64,000 nt of DNA from Bradymonadia bacterium (lineage in GTDB: Bacteria > Myxococcota_A > Bradymonadia > UBA7976 > UBA1532), in contig JBKAGE010000079.1 of assembly GCA_046290225.1 (NCBI GenBank), positions 1 to 64,000 of the forward strand, given 5' to 3'. Positions 1-9,036 of the stretch are shown here, one piece after another. Made by a program: the position numbers and the translations under genes. Position 1 is the stretch's first letter, and every line of letters begins with the position of its first letter. Below the pieces are notes generated by a model. It had not been told where the DNA came from, made no database searches, and worked only from the letters and a program-made list of their open reading frames with translations.

Positions 1-396
1 GGTCGAGGATTCGAAAAAATCCTCATGTTCGAGCTGGGCTGGCTCGCCGCTAACCAATCCACCACTACACCAAAAGATGTGTAGGACGATCAGAGCCAGT
101 GGCTACCTCCAACACCACAAGTGCCGACACATCCTGTTTTTATGGTTTTCAGGTCACTGTGAGTTCAGTGAGAGCGACCGGGCTGATGCCTTCAACACGC
201 CATGGTCGTGATCCCTCACCCTACACGCACAAAGCAGACAAACCATCCTTCAATCGACAGCCCAAGTCCCAGCCAACCTACTGCCCACAAACCCCCTACA
301 AAAACGCCGGCCCCGAGCTCACAGCAACACCGCGTAAGTGCCTCCACGGAGCCGCGGAGGTGGCGACAGTCGTCGTGAGGCTCGTGGGCCTCACGG

Positions 397-452
397 CGGC
401 TGGCGTTGCCGTAGCGGCGGAGCACGGCTGGCGCCGCCGTAGCGGCGGAGAG
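397..452. repeat. 28-bp tandem duplication, each unit with a GC hairpin
   Basis: cggctggcgttgccgtagcggcggagca (397-424) followed by cggctggcgccgccgtagcggcggagag (425-452); unit length is not a multiple of 3. Confidence 0.8.
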
Positions 453-793
453 ATAACGTGGTCGGGGCGACGGCACCGCCTCAGCCCGATTCGATACCGT
501 CGACCCGGACCACGGGGCCATGATGAGCGTCGGGGTGGAACCAGAAGTCAGCGCTCTTCGCACGCTCCCCTCATCGAAGCGCGAGCATTGACCACAGTGC
601 CCAGACCATGACCCTTGAATGAGATGGTGCAAATTTATGCACCAGTCCCAGGCCGTGTCCAGGAGAACCTACACGTAAGACAAAAAAACCTGACTCAGGG
701 GTCACTCAAAATGAGCAGGAGGCGTCCGCAGCCGATGAGCCCGAGGGTTGGGGGGGCCGAACCAGGCTCAATCACAGAGAGTGTAGAGCGGAG

Positions 794-1459
794 TCAGCTT
801 GCGGTGACGAGGCGGGCTGCAGGCACAGGGGTGAATTGATCGCGGATGGGCTCTCGTAGAATATCGAGGGCTTGCTTCGCCAGCACCGAGCGCATGTGGT
901 TCAGGCCTCGATCCAGCATCGTCTCGTCTTTGTCCGCCAGATAGCGGAGGAACAGGCCGTCGCACCAGCAGAGGAGGGTGTCGGCCAGATCTTGAGCCCG
1001 TTGAGAAGGCATCTCCAAGCGTCCTGTGATGCACTGCGCCACGCGCTGGCGCAGATGAAACAGGGTCTCTGAAATCGCTGCCCGACATGCTTCGTCGCCA
1101 GAGCCACGCTCCAGAAGCAGGGAGAACAACATCCGGCGTGTCTCGGGGCGCTCCACGATGAGGGATCGCATGAGACCCAGGATGCTGTCGACGCGCTCGA
1201 GAGGGGACGACACGTCTTCCACCACCGTGTCCATCTCCGTCATCCAGCCTTCACATGTCTGCTTCAGAGTGATCTCCAACAGGCCACGCTTGCTGCCGAA
1301 GTGCCAGTAAAGGGCACTCTTGACCACGCCTGCCTTCTTGGCGATGGCCTCGACACTCGTGCCGGCGTAGCCGCCCTCGCTGATCAACATTGCAGCGGCT
1401 TCGATGAGCCTCCGGCGGGACTGCTCGCCCTGGAGCTTCTTCTGGTGGGTGGCAGGCAT
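794..1459 (-). CDS. TetR/AcrR family transcriptional regulator
   Basis: N-terminal HTH SRRRLIEAAAMLISEGGYAGTSVEAIAKKAGVVKSALYWHFGSK; GGAG RBS before ATG 1459. Confidence 0.93.
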   Translation of the reverse strand: MPATHQKKLQGEQSRRRLIEAAAMLISEGGYAGTSVEAIAKKAGVVKSALYWHFGSKRGLLEITLKQTCEGWMTEMDTVVEDVSSPLERVDSILGLMRSLIVERPETRRMLFSLLLERGSGDEACRAAISETLFHLRQRVAQCITGRLEMPSQRAQDLADTLLCWCDGLFLRYLADKDETMLDRGLNHMRSVLAKQALDILREPIRDQFTPVPAARLVTAS

Positions 1460-1691
1460 GACGCACTCCATCAAGGTGATCGAACGGATACATGCATCTC
1501 GGACAAAGAGGCCCTACCTCTTGAACTTCTTTGTGAGACCTTGCGAGCACAGCCTGATGTGCGGTGTGTGACCAGTATGCTGCGGTTTGTGAGCCTCACA
1601 GGAAGTAAGTCCTTGAAATTAAGAAGCTACGATGCTGGCGCAGTTTGTGAATATCCAAAGCGAGGAGTTCATCGAGGAGAGGAGGCGCCGC

Positions 1692-3440
1692 ATGTGGAGC
1701 GCACTGAAGACACCCGCAACACGCACCCTTGGAGTGGCCCTCGCGCTGATTTTCTCCGGGTGCGCCGGTGAGCGCGCCGAAACCCCTCTCGATCTCAGTG
1801 AAGAGTCGAGGTTGCCTTTTGAACAGAAGATCATCGGAGGGCAGCAAGAGGGCGGCTACCCCGCTGTGGGCATGTTCGTCACACCTCAGGGCACCGCCCA
1901 TTGCACAGGGACGGTCATCGCCGAAGGGTGGGTGCTCACCGCCGCCCACTGCATCCAGGACGGTATGCAGGGCTTCAGCTTCATGCTCGGCCCTCGGCTG
2001 GGTGATCCCACCAGCAGCCAGTTTCCCGTCACGCGAGCCCACGTGCATCCGAGCTACAACCCCAACAACGACTACGAGGCCGACATCGCCCTCACCCAAA
2101 TTCAGGGCAACGTAGGGGTGAGCCCGCTGCCGGTGGCCGAGGCCATCGAAGCCCTCAATGGGCAGTCCCTCACCTTCGTGGGCTATGGCGTCAGCGATGG
2201 GCGTGCCAACACGGGTGCTGGCGTCAAGCGCTCGGTGGTGTTGCCTGTGGTGGAGCAGACCAACCTGCGCATCAAGAGCAGCGCCCCAGGGCAGAGTGTG
2301 TGCTACGGCGACTCAGGTGGGCCAGCGCTTGCCAACATCAACGGCCAGATCACCATCGTCGGTGTGGCCTCATTCGTCGATTCCGACACCTGCGATGGCG
2401 CCGGCTATCACATTCGCGCCGACGTCTACATGGACTACATCCGACAGACGATGGGCGGCGCCGGGCCTGATCCGCAACAGCCCCAGGACCCACAGCAGCC
2501 TCAGGATCCACAACAACCCCAAGGTCGGGACTTTTGCGCAGACAATGGGTGGTATGGCGACGGCATGTGCGACGCCGGGTGCCCGATGCCCGATCCGGAC
2601 TGTGGTGGTCAGAACCCCCAAGACCCACAACAGCCCCAGGACCCACAGCAACCTCAGGATCCACAGCAGCCTCAGGGCCAGGACGAGTGTGAACTGAACG
2701 GGTGGTACGGAGACGGCATCTGCGATTTGTGCCCGAACCCTGATCCGGACTGTGGTGGCCAGGACCCCGGTGGGCTCCCGCCTCAGGGCCAGGACCCGCA
2801 GCAGCCTCAAGATCCACAACAGCCCCCACCTCAAGGGCAGGACCCATGGGGTCAGAACCCGCCTCAGGGCCAGGGTGACATCTGCGCGGAGAACGGGTGG
2901 TACGGCGACGGTGTCTGTGATGCTGGGTGCATGCAGCCTGATCCCGACTGTCAGGGCATGGACCAGTGGGGCGGAGATCCCTGGGGCCAGGACCCCTGGG
3001 GTGGTGGCTGCGATCCCAATGGAGGGTGTGGCAATGGTGGCTGCGACCCCAACGGTGGGTGGGGCAATGGCGGCTGTGGCAACTGTGGAGGGTGTGGCAA
3101 CTGTGGGGGATGTGGCAACGGTGGTTGCGGAAACGGCGGCTGTGGTCACGGTGGTTGCGGCAATGGCGGGTGTATCAGCAACAGCAGCAGTGCCCAGGTC
3201 TGTGAAGAAGTCGTTGGGGCGTTCTCACGGCAAGCTCAGCGTCTGTGTGGTGTCGATGCCCAGTCGTTCCGAGCCACCTTCCTCGCCGCCGTGGGTGGGC
3301 ATTGTGGCAACATCGGCAGAGTCCGTGACATGGATGCCCTCTACCAGAGCTGCTTGCCCTGGGTGGCTTCGGTGAACAGCTGCGATGCTCTCATGTGGCA
3401 AGCCCCTGCAGCCTGCCTGAACCAGCTGCTCAGCTTTTGA
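1692..3440 (+). CDS. Trypsin-like (S1) serine protease lipoprotein with Gln/Pro linkers and Cys-rich repeats
   Basis: Lipobox IFSGC; IIGG mature N-terminus; LTAAHC, DIAL, GDSGGP triad motifs; three C..NGWYGDG.CD..PDPDC repeats; GGAGG RBS. Confidence 0.9.
   Translation: MWSALKTPATRTLGVALALIFSGCAGERAETPLDLSEESRLPFEQKIIGGQQEGGYPAVGMFVTPQGTAHCTGTVIAEGWVLTAAHCIQDGMQGFSFMLGPRLGDPTSSQFPVTRAHVHPSYNPNNDYEADIALTQIQGNVGVSPLPVAEAIEALNGQSLTFVGYGVSDGRANTGAGVKRSVVLPVVEQTNLRIKSSAPGQSVCYGDSGGPALANINGQITIVGVASFVDSDTCDGAGYHIRADVYMDYIRQTMGGAGPDPQQPQDPQQPQDPQQPQGRDFCADNGWYGDGMCDAGCPMPDPDCGGQNPQDPQQPQDPQQPQDPQQPQGQDECELNGWYGDGICDLCPNPDPDCGGQDPGGLPPQGQDPQQPQDPQQPPPQGQDPWGQNPPQGQGDICAENGWYGDGVCDAGCMQPDPDCQGMDQWGGDPWGQDPWGGGCDPNGGCGNGGCDPNGGWGNGGCGNCGGCGNCGGCGNGGCGNGGCGHGGCGNGGCISNSSSAQVCEEVVGAFSRQAQRLCGVDAQSFRATFLAAVGGHCGNIGRVRDMDALYQSCLPWVASVNSCDALMWQAPAACLNQLLSF
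2469..2870 (+). repeat. Coding 18-bp tandem repeats (QDPQQP)
   Basis: Repeated caggacccacagcagcct-like units in frame within the protease. Confidence 0.85.
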
Positions 3441-3526
3441 GCGTATGCTGAGTGGGCAGTGGTTGAACCCATGGGCATCCTCCTTGCATCCTCTCATGCG
3501 CATTTCATGACGGATGAGAGTGAGCC

Positions 3527-4189
3527 ATGCGGCGAGCTGCCGGGTCCCATCGCAGGGCCGTCACGACCAACAGCTTGATTCTCTGCCTGAGCACAGCCCT
3601 CGGAGGCTGCCTTGGGGGAGTGGTCGATCTCACCGGAGACGCGGGCGAGATGTTGCCCGGTGGCGATGGTGGACTCCAGCCAGATGGGGACATTGAGCCC
3701 CAACACGACGGAGATCTCGCCGACGCAGACCTCGAACCTGCCGATGCAGAGCCCATGTTGGATCCGGACGGGGCGGTGGATGGAGGCCTCGTCGATGTTG
3801 GACCTGGTCCGGACGAAGGCCTCGAGCCAGATGTCGAGGTGCCAGACGAAGGCGTGCCCGATCTCGATTTACCCCCAGACCTGGGCCCACCACCCACTGC
3901 GCTTCTGGTCGAGACCTTCCAGGCCAATGTGCAGGTGCCCTTGAACATACACATCTGCATCGACTGCCATCGGGCACCGGGTGGGGGCGGGGGCTTCGGG
4001 CTCTTCGCCGATCCTGCACCAGGCTCGCCGGAGCTTCAGGCCAACTATGATGCTGTGGTGCAGCTGTGTGATCCGGAGAATCCGGAAGGCTCACCCTTCT
4101 ATCAGCGCGCGCTGACCCGTCATTTCGGCAGTGACCCCTTCACCCCGGAAGAAGGCGCGGTGCTGAGGGCCTGGATCAGCGGTGACTGA
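3527..4189 (+). CDS. Lipoprotein with acidic linker and one c-type heme motif
   Basis: Lipobox LGGC; Asp/Pro-rich linker; CIDCH; later His in TRHFG. Confidence 0.7.
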   Translation: MRRAAGSHRRAVTTNSLILCLSTALGGCLGGVVDLTGDAGEMLPGGDGGLQPDGDIEPQHDGDLADADLEPADAEPMLDPDGAVDGGLVDVGPGPDEGLEPDVEVPDEGVPDLDLPPDLGPPPTALLVETFQANVQVPLNIHICIDCHRAPGGGGGFGLFADPAPGSPELQANYDAVVQLCDPENPEGSPFYQRALTRHFGSDPFTPEEGAVLRAWISGD

Positions 4190-5248
4190 TCAGAGGCCCT
4201 GAGCGATGAGGGCGCTGATGGCGTCACCACATGCCACCGTGCCCAGGGTGCCTCCAAGATCAGCAGTGACCTGACCGGTGGCCATGGCCTCGGTCACTGC
4301 CCGACGAATGGCCAGCGCTGCCTCGCGATGCCCCAGGGCGTCGAGCATCAACCCACCGGTGAGGATCATGGCCACCGGGTTGGCCTTATCTTGCCCTGCG
4401 ATGTCAGGTGCAGAGCCGTGCACCGGCTCATAGAGCCCAATCTGCCCAGGGTGCATGTTGGCACTTGGCGCCACGCCGAGACCGCCGACGAGCTCCGCAG
4501 CCAGATCGCTGAGCACATCGCCGAACATGTTGCTGGTGACGATGACGTCGAAGGCCCCCGGATCGCGGACCAGGGCCATGGCCAGAGCATCGGCGTACAT
4601 ATGCCGGCATTCCACCTGAGGCCACTTCGCCTGGAACTCTTTGAACACGCGCTGCCAGAGGCCATGGGCATGGGTGAGCACATTGGCCTTGTCGCTCATG
4701 CAGAGCCGGAGCCCACGATCCGCAGCGTATTCGAAGGCCGCTTGCATGATGCGCTCCACGCCACGGCGCGTGCACACCATCTGGTTGGTGGCGATCTCGT
4801 CGGGGGTGCCCTGCTTGAAGGTGCCGCCCATGCCCACATAGAGCCCCTCGGTGTTCTCTCGGAAGATCACCAGCTCGAGATCCTCTGCGGTGGCTTTGCG
4901 CAGCGGATTGAGCTCCGGGTGGAGCAGCACGTTGGGCCGCAGGTTGACGTAGAGGTCGAGCTTGAACCGCAAACCGAGCAGGATGTCCTTCGCGTGCTGG
5001 TTGCCCGGCACTCGCGGATCACCGAGCGCACCCACATAGATGGCCTGGAAGTGCTCGCGGAAGTGATCGACGGCCTCTGGTGGCAACGTCACCCCCTCGT
5101 CGAGGTACTTCTGGGCGCCGTAGTCGAACCAGGTGAAGTCGAGGGGGAGGTCAAAGCGTGTGGCGCACGCCTCGAGGACCTTGACCCCTTCCGTGGCCAC
5201 CTCGGTGCCGATGCCATCTCCGGGAATGACCGCGATCCGCTGAACCAT
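4190..5248 (-). CDS. leuB: 3-isopropylmalate dehydrogenase (beta-decarboxylating dehydrogenase family)
   Basis: IAVIPGDGIGTEV, RENTEGLY, NMFGDVLSD, YEPVHGSAPDIAGQDKANP; AGGAG RBS; substrate specificity is inferred. Confidence 0.8.
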   Translation of the reverse strand: MVQRIAVIPGDGIGTEVATEGVKVLEACATRFDLPLDFTWFDYGAQKYLDEGVTLPPEAVDHFREHFQAIYVGALGDPRVPGNQHAKDILLGLRFKLDLYVNLRPNVLLHPELNPLRKATAEDLELVIFRENTEGLYVGMGGTFKQGTPDEIATNQMVCTRRGVERIMQAAFEYAADRGLRLCMSDKANVLTHAHGLWQRVFKEFQAKWPQVECRHMYADALAMALVRDPGAFDVIVTSNMFGDVLSDLAAELVGGLGVAPSANMHPGQIGLYEPVHGSAPDIAGQDKANPVAMILTGGLMLDALGHREAALAIRRAVTEAMATGQVTADLGGTLGTVACGDAISALIAQGL

Positions 5249-5420
5249 GTATGCACTCCTGATGTTCAATGTGGGGCCTGCCGGCATGCCCTGAGGCTGG
5301 GGCTGTGGCCGCTGAAAACGCGGCATCATACGAGAGTTCTGCCCTCGCCATCAGGGGGTTTGTCACGAAGGCCTCCCCAACCGTACTGTAGGCCCCCAAC
5401 AGAGACCGGCGAGGTACGAG

Positions 5421-7829
5421 ATGGTGAAGATGCATTCCAGAGGTGGCCCGCTCGGGCGATCCGCGTGGGCGGCGCTGATGATCGCGAGTTTCATCCTGGC
5501 ATGTGATGACGGTGATGGTGGTGGCAGCACAACCACGGACAGTGGAGTCACCGCCGACATGATGGCGGGCGGCGCCGGAGGCATGGCCGATGCCGAGGTG
5601 ATGCCGGATGCCGAGGTGGCGCCCGGCACTCTGAGCCTCGACACCGCCTCTCTCGACTTTGGCGAGGTGGGCGTCAACATGAGCGCCCGTCTCGAGGTGG
5701 TGATCAGCCACACTGGGGGCGGCCCGGCGAGCGTGACGGCCTTCGAAGGCCTCGACGCGCCCTTCTTCATTGGCCGGCAGCCGCCGATCAACGTGCCCGA
5801 GGGGGCCAGCCGTACCATCGAGGTGGAGTTTCGCCCCGACTCTGATCAGCTCGTGGAGCGCACGCTCCAGTTCGTCACCGACAACCCGGACGCCACACCG
5901 CTGACGCTCGAAGTGAAGGGGGTCGGGGTGCAGGCCAGCGCCGAGCTGGTGAGCGACACCCTCGACTTCGGCGTGCTTTCTCCGGGCCAGAGCGCCTCGG
6001 CCACCTTGCAGGTGCGCAACAGCAGTGAGACCGCAGTGTTGTCGATCAACAGCATCGACGGGGTGGAGGCCCCCTTCAGCGGCACGGAGAACTTCCAGCC
6101 CCGGCAGGTCGAGCCCGGGCTCACCGAAGACATCCCGCTGCTGTTCTCCTCCGATGCGGGGGGCATGTTCGAGGGCATAGCCACCGTGCGCACCAGCGCA
6201 GGGGATTTCGTGGTCACCCTCAGGGCTCGGGTGATCGACCCCGGCAGCCTTCAGCTGGACGATGTGGAGCCTGCGTGGGCGCCTGTGGACGTGGCCACCA
6301 CTGTGACGGTCTACGGTGGCCCCTTCGAGGTGCTCCCCGACGCAGTCCGTTTGGGTGAGCGGGTGTTGACCGATCTCACCCTCGTCGACGCGGAGCGGAT
6401 TCAAGGCACGCTGATGGCTGGCCCTGACGCTGCAGGCGATCTCACCGACGTGCTCGATGTGCGGGTCGAGATCGGCGAGCTGTTCGGCGTGCTGGCTGGT
6501 GGCTTCGTGCAGACACCGCCTGTGGCCGAAGGGCAGACCCTTGACGCCGACGCCCTCGCTGGTGCCATCGGTCCCGAAGGCAACCCGTGGCGACTCGCCG
6601 TAGACGAGATCCCTGCGGGCCAGACCGTGACGCTCTCTCCAGGCACGGTGATCCTGGGTGAGGGGCGCACCCTCACGGTTTCAGGTGAGCTGATCGCCGA
6701 CGGGGCCGAAGGGCGAATCGTGTTTTCCGCTGCCGAGGCCACCCCCGGCGCGTGGGAGGGGCTGGTGTTTCCGGCCTCCGATGCCGGTGACGTCTCCACC
6801 CTGAGTGCGGTCACGTTCGAGTACACCGGCGACGCCGCGGTGTTGATTCGCCGTCCACAGGTCAGCCTGAACACGCTGGTCGTGCGCCAGGGATCCGGAG
6901 ATGGTGTGCGCGTGGAAGATGGAGGCCAGTTGCTGCTTCAAGGTGCTCGGATGACTGATCTCGGCGGAGACGCTGTGGACGTCATCGCTGCCGGCGGTGA
7001 GGTGCTCCGCTTGAGGGCGCTCTACAGCCGGCGATGCGAGTGGCCCGTGGCGAGCTATGTGGGCCACTTCGGTGGCCGTCCTCAGGGGGCAGGCAGCGAT
7101 TGGGCCGAGAGTCGCGCCGGAGACGCCATCGGTCTCGGAGGCACCCTCATCGCCGATGGCAGCTTGAGCAACCAGCCCGCGGGGGTGCCCTATCAGGTGC
7201 GCAGCCCGATTCAGATCGCCCGTGGGGCCACCCTGACGCTGGCCAGCGCTGCGCCGTTGTTGCTCGACGGACCGATCTCCGTCGAGGGCACCCTCGAGCT
7301 GCCTCAGGGATTGAATCTCCAGGCTTCGACAGGTGGCCTCATCGACGTGCTCGGTGGAGGCACGCTCGTAGCCAACGGTGGGAATGGGGCCGAGGTGGCC
7401 ATCCGCGGTCGCGCCCCCGAAGCAGAAGAGGCGGCGTCATCCTGGCACGGGATCCGAGTGGGGGCTGGGGGTACGATCCAAGGCCGGTTCGTGATCCTTC
7501 AGGATGCCGGGGTCCCTGTGGAAGAAGGAGAGGCAGGGGCTGCATTGAGTCTTGCTGGGACCTTCGAAGATCTGGTGGCGTTCCAGATCAGAGACGCCGT
7601 GGGCGCAGCTGCGTCGATCTCGAGCAGTGGTTCGCTGCGGGCCTTCCAGATGTCGGGCAACGCCGAAGGCATCAAGATCTCAGGTGGTGAGGGCTTGCTC
7701 GCAGGTGAGATCGACGGCAATGACCCTGCGGTGGAATTCGCAGAGCAGGCGCTGTGCGGGCTCTGGAATCTGGAGGGGGTGCTCACGCCCATGGGGCTCG
7801 CGGCATCAACGAATTGTATGGGGGAATAA
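5421..7829 (+). CDS. Surface lipoprotein with two ASH/choice-of-anchor-D-like Ig domains, an IPT/TIG-like domain and beta-helix repeats
   Basis: Lipobox ILAC; two LDFG(E/V) Ig units; VEPAWAP..TTVTVYGGPF; PGAWEGLVF and SSWHGIRV beta-helix-type motifs. Confidence 0.7.
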   Translation: MVKMHSRGGPLGRSAWAALMIASFILACDDGDGGGSTTTDSGVTADMMAGGAGGMADAEVMPDAEVAPGTLSLDTASLDFGEVGVNMSARLEVVISHTGGGPASVTAFEGLDAPFFIGRQPPINVPEGASRTIEVEFRPDSDQLVERTLQFVTDNPDATPLTLEVKGVGVQASAELVSDTLDFGVLSPGQSASATLQVRNSSETAVLSINSIDGVEAPFSGTENFQPRQVEPGLTEDIPLLFSSDAGGMFEGIATVRTSAGDFVVTLRARVIDPGSLQLDDVEPAWAPVDVATTVTVYGGPFEVLPDAVRLGERVLTDLTLVDAERIQGTLMAGPDAAGDLTDVLDVRVEIGELFGVLAGGFVQTPPVAEGQTLDADALAGAIGPEGNPWRLAVDEIPAGQTVTLSPGTVILGEGRTLTVSGELIADGAEGRIVFSAAEATPGAWEGLVFPASDAGDVSTLSAVTFEYTGDAAVLIRRPQVSLNTLVVRQGSGDGVRVEDGGQLLLQGARMTDLGGDAVDVIAAGGEVLRLRALYSRRCEWPVASYVGHFGGRPQGAGSDWAESRAGDAIGLGGTLIADGSLSNQPAGVPYQVRSPIQIARGATLTLASAAPLLLDGPISVEGTLELPQGLNLQASTGGLIDVLGGGTLVANGGNGAEVAIRGRAPEAEEAASSWHGIRVGAGGTIQGRFVILQDAGVPVEEGEAGAALSLAGTFEDLVAFQIRDAVGAAASISSSGSLRAFQMSGNAEGIKISGGEGLLAGEIDGNDPAVEFAEQALCGLWNLEGVLTPMGLAASTNCMGE

Positions 7830-8019
7830 AAGAAGCGCACAGGGCACAGAAACGTGCGGAGGGAGAGGGGAGACGTACGGGGGAGAGGCGCGTCCCGGCA
7901 CCCTGTGCGCTTATCTGTGCAAACGAGAGAACCCGCCAGACTATTTCCCCATCATCGAAAAAAATCTGCAATCGGCCCTGCACACATGCACCCATATCGG
8001 GTTATCGTGTGTGTGCGCT

Positions 8020-9036
8020 ATGACACTCGAAGAAGCTTTCACCACGTTGGGCCTCTCTCCCAACAGCAGCGCGCGGGCTGCTCGAGAGGCCTACCTGACC
8101 CGGCTGCGGGCTCATCGACCTGAGTCTGATCCGGTGGGGTTTGCTCGCCTCAGAGCAGCCTTCGACAAGGTCAAGAGCGCTCAAAAGACCCACCCGAAGA
8201 CACCCACACGACCGGCACCGAATACGCCTCAACCGTGGCTGGTTGACGTGTTGCCCTATCTGCCCCCGGAGATCGCCGTGCGGGTGTGCAGCTTGCCGCC
8301 CCTTCATGGTGCAATCGTCGCCTCAGAGGCCCTCATGGCCGAGGCCCACTACGCCCTCGCGCTGCTGCTCGTCGAGCGGTGCCTGGTCCCGCGCTATGGC
8401 GTCTCGGTGAGCTGGAGCGTACCCACCTCGATCATGCGTCTCATCTGTCAATGCTGGCGAGATGATCGGCGAGAGGAAGCCCGCGCCATGACCGATATGC
8501 TCCAGCGCTGGCTTGACGCCAACGGGCTGGAGGCGCGGGTGTGTACAGGTGAGATCGCGGTGCAATGGGCCATCATCAGAGAGCTGAGATCTCTCGAAGA
8601 CGAGTGGTCTCGTGTGCTTGGTCGGGGCATCGCCTCCAGGGTGCTGAGCGGAGCTCCGGAGCAGGTGGCTGACATCGCCTTTGCAGAGGACGAGCCCTGC
8701 CCACAGGCGAGGGCCAGGGCGTGGCAGGTTGTGAGCGCGCGGGCGCCCATCATCGCGTGTATTTGGGGAGATGCGCTGAAGTCTGCGTGTCGCCGCCCCA
8801 TGTTGGGCTCGACCCGGCGGGCTCTCCTGCTCACTGGGATCGGCATCATGTTGTGGGCAGGCGCTCAGCTCTGGATGCCGCATCGCCGTACCATCGAACG
8901 CACACAGGGCGCAGGTGTACCTCAATGCAGTCTGGGCGCCTCTGAGAGTCAATGTGAGCGAGGAGCACATGGGTGGGCTGATCATCGGCATCGATCTGGG
9001 CACGACCTACAGCGTCGTCGCCCACATGACCCCTGA
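8020..9036 (+). CDS. J-domain protein, DjlB/DjlC-like, with a C-terminal membrane helix
   Basis: AFTTLGL...AREAYLTRLRAHRPESDPVGFARLRAAFD atypical J-domain; hydrophobic ALLLTGIGIMLWAGAQLW; directly upstream of HscC. Confidence 0.75.
   Translation: MTLEEAFTTLGLSPNSSARAAREAYLTRLRAHRPESDPVGFARLRAAFDKVKSAQKTHPKTPTRPAPNTPQPWLVDVLPYLPPEIAVRVCSLPPLHGAIVASEALMAEAHYALALLLVERCLVPRYGVSVSWSVPTSIMRLICQCWRDDRREEARAMTDMLQRWLDANGLEARVCTGEIAVQWAIIRELRSLEDEWSRVLGRGIASRVLSGAPEQVADIAFAEDEPCPQARARAWQVVSARAPIIACIWGDALKSACRRPMLGSTRRALLLTGIGIMLWAGAQLWMPHRRTIERTQGAGVPQCSLGASESQCERGAHGWADHRHRSGHDLQRRRPHDP

Noticed and set aside
397..452. Possible CRISPR repeats
   Set aside because: Only two adjacent units, no spacer and no cas genes
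99..839. ORFs 99-611(+), 216-632(-) and 615-839(+)
   Set aside because: No recognisable motifs or host-like codon bias; the region contains a non-triplet repeat
7552..8019. 5' extension of the J-domain ORF
   Set aside because: Overlaps the preceding gene and an intergenic region; the J-domain starts at ATG 8020
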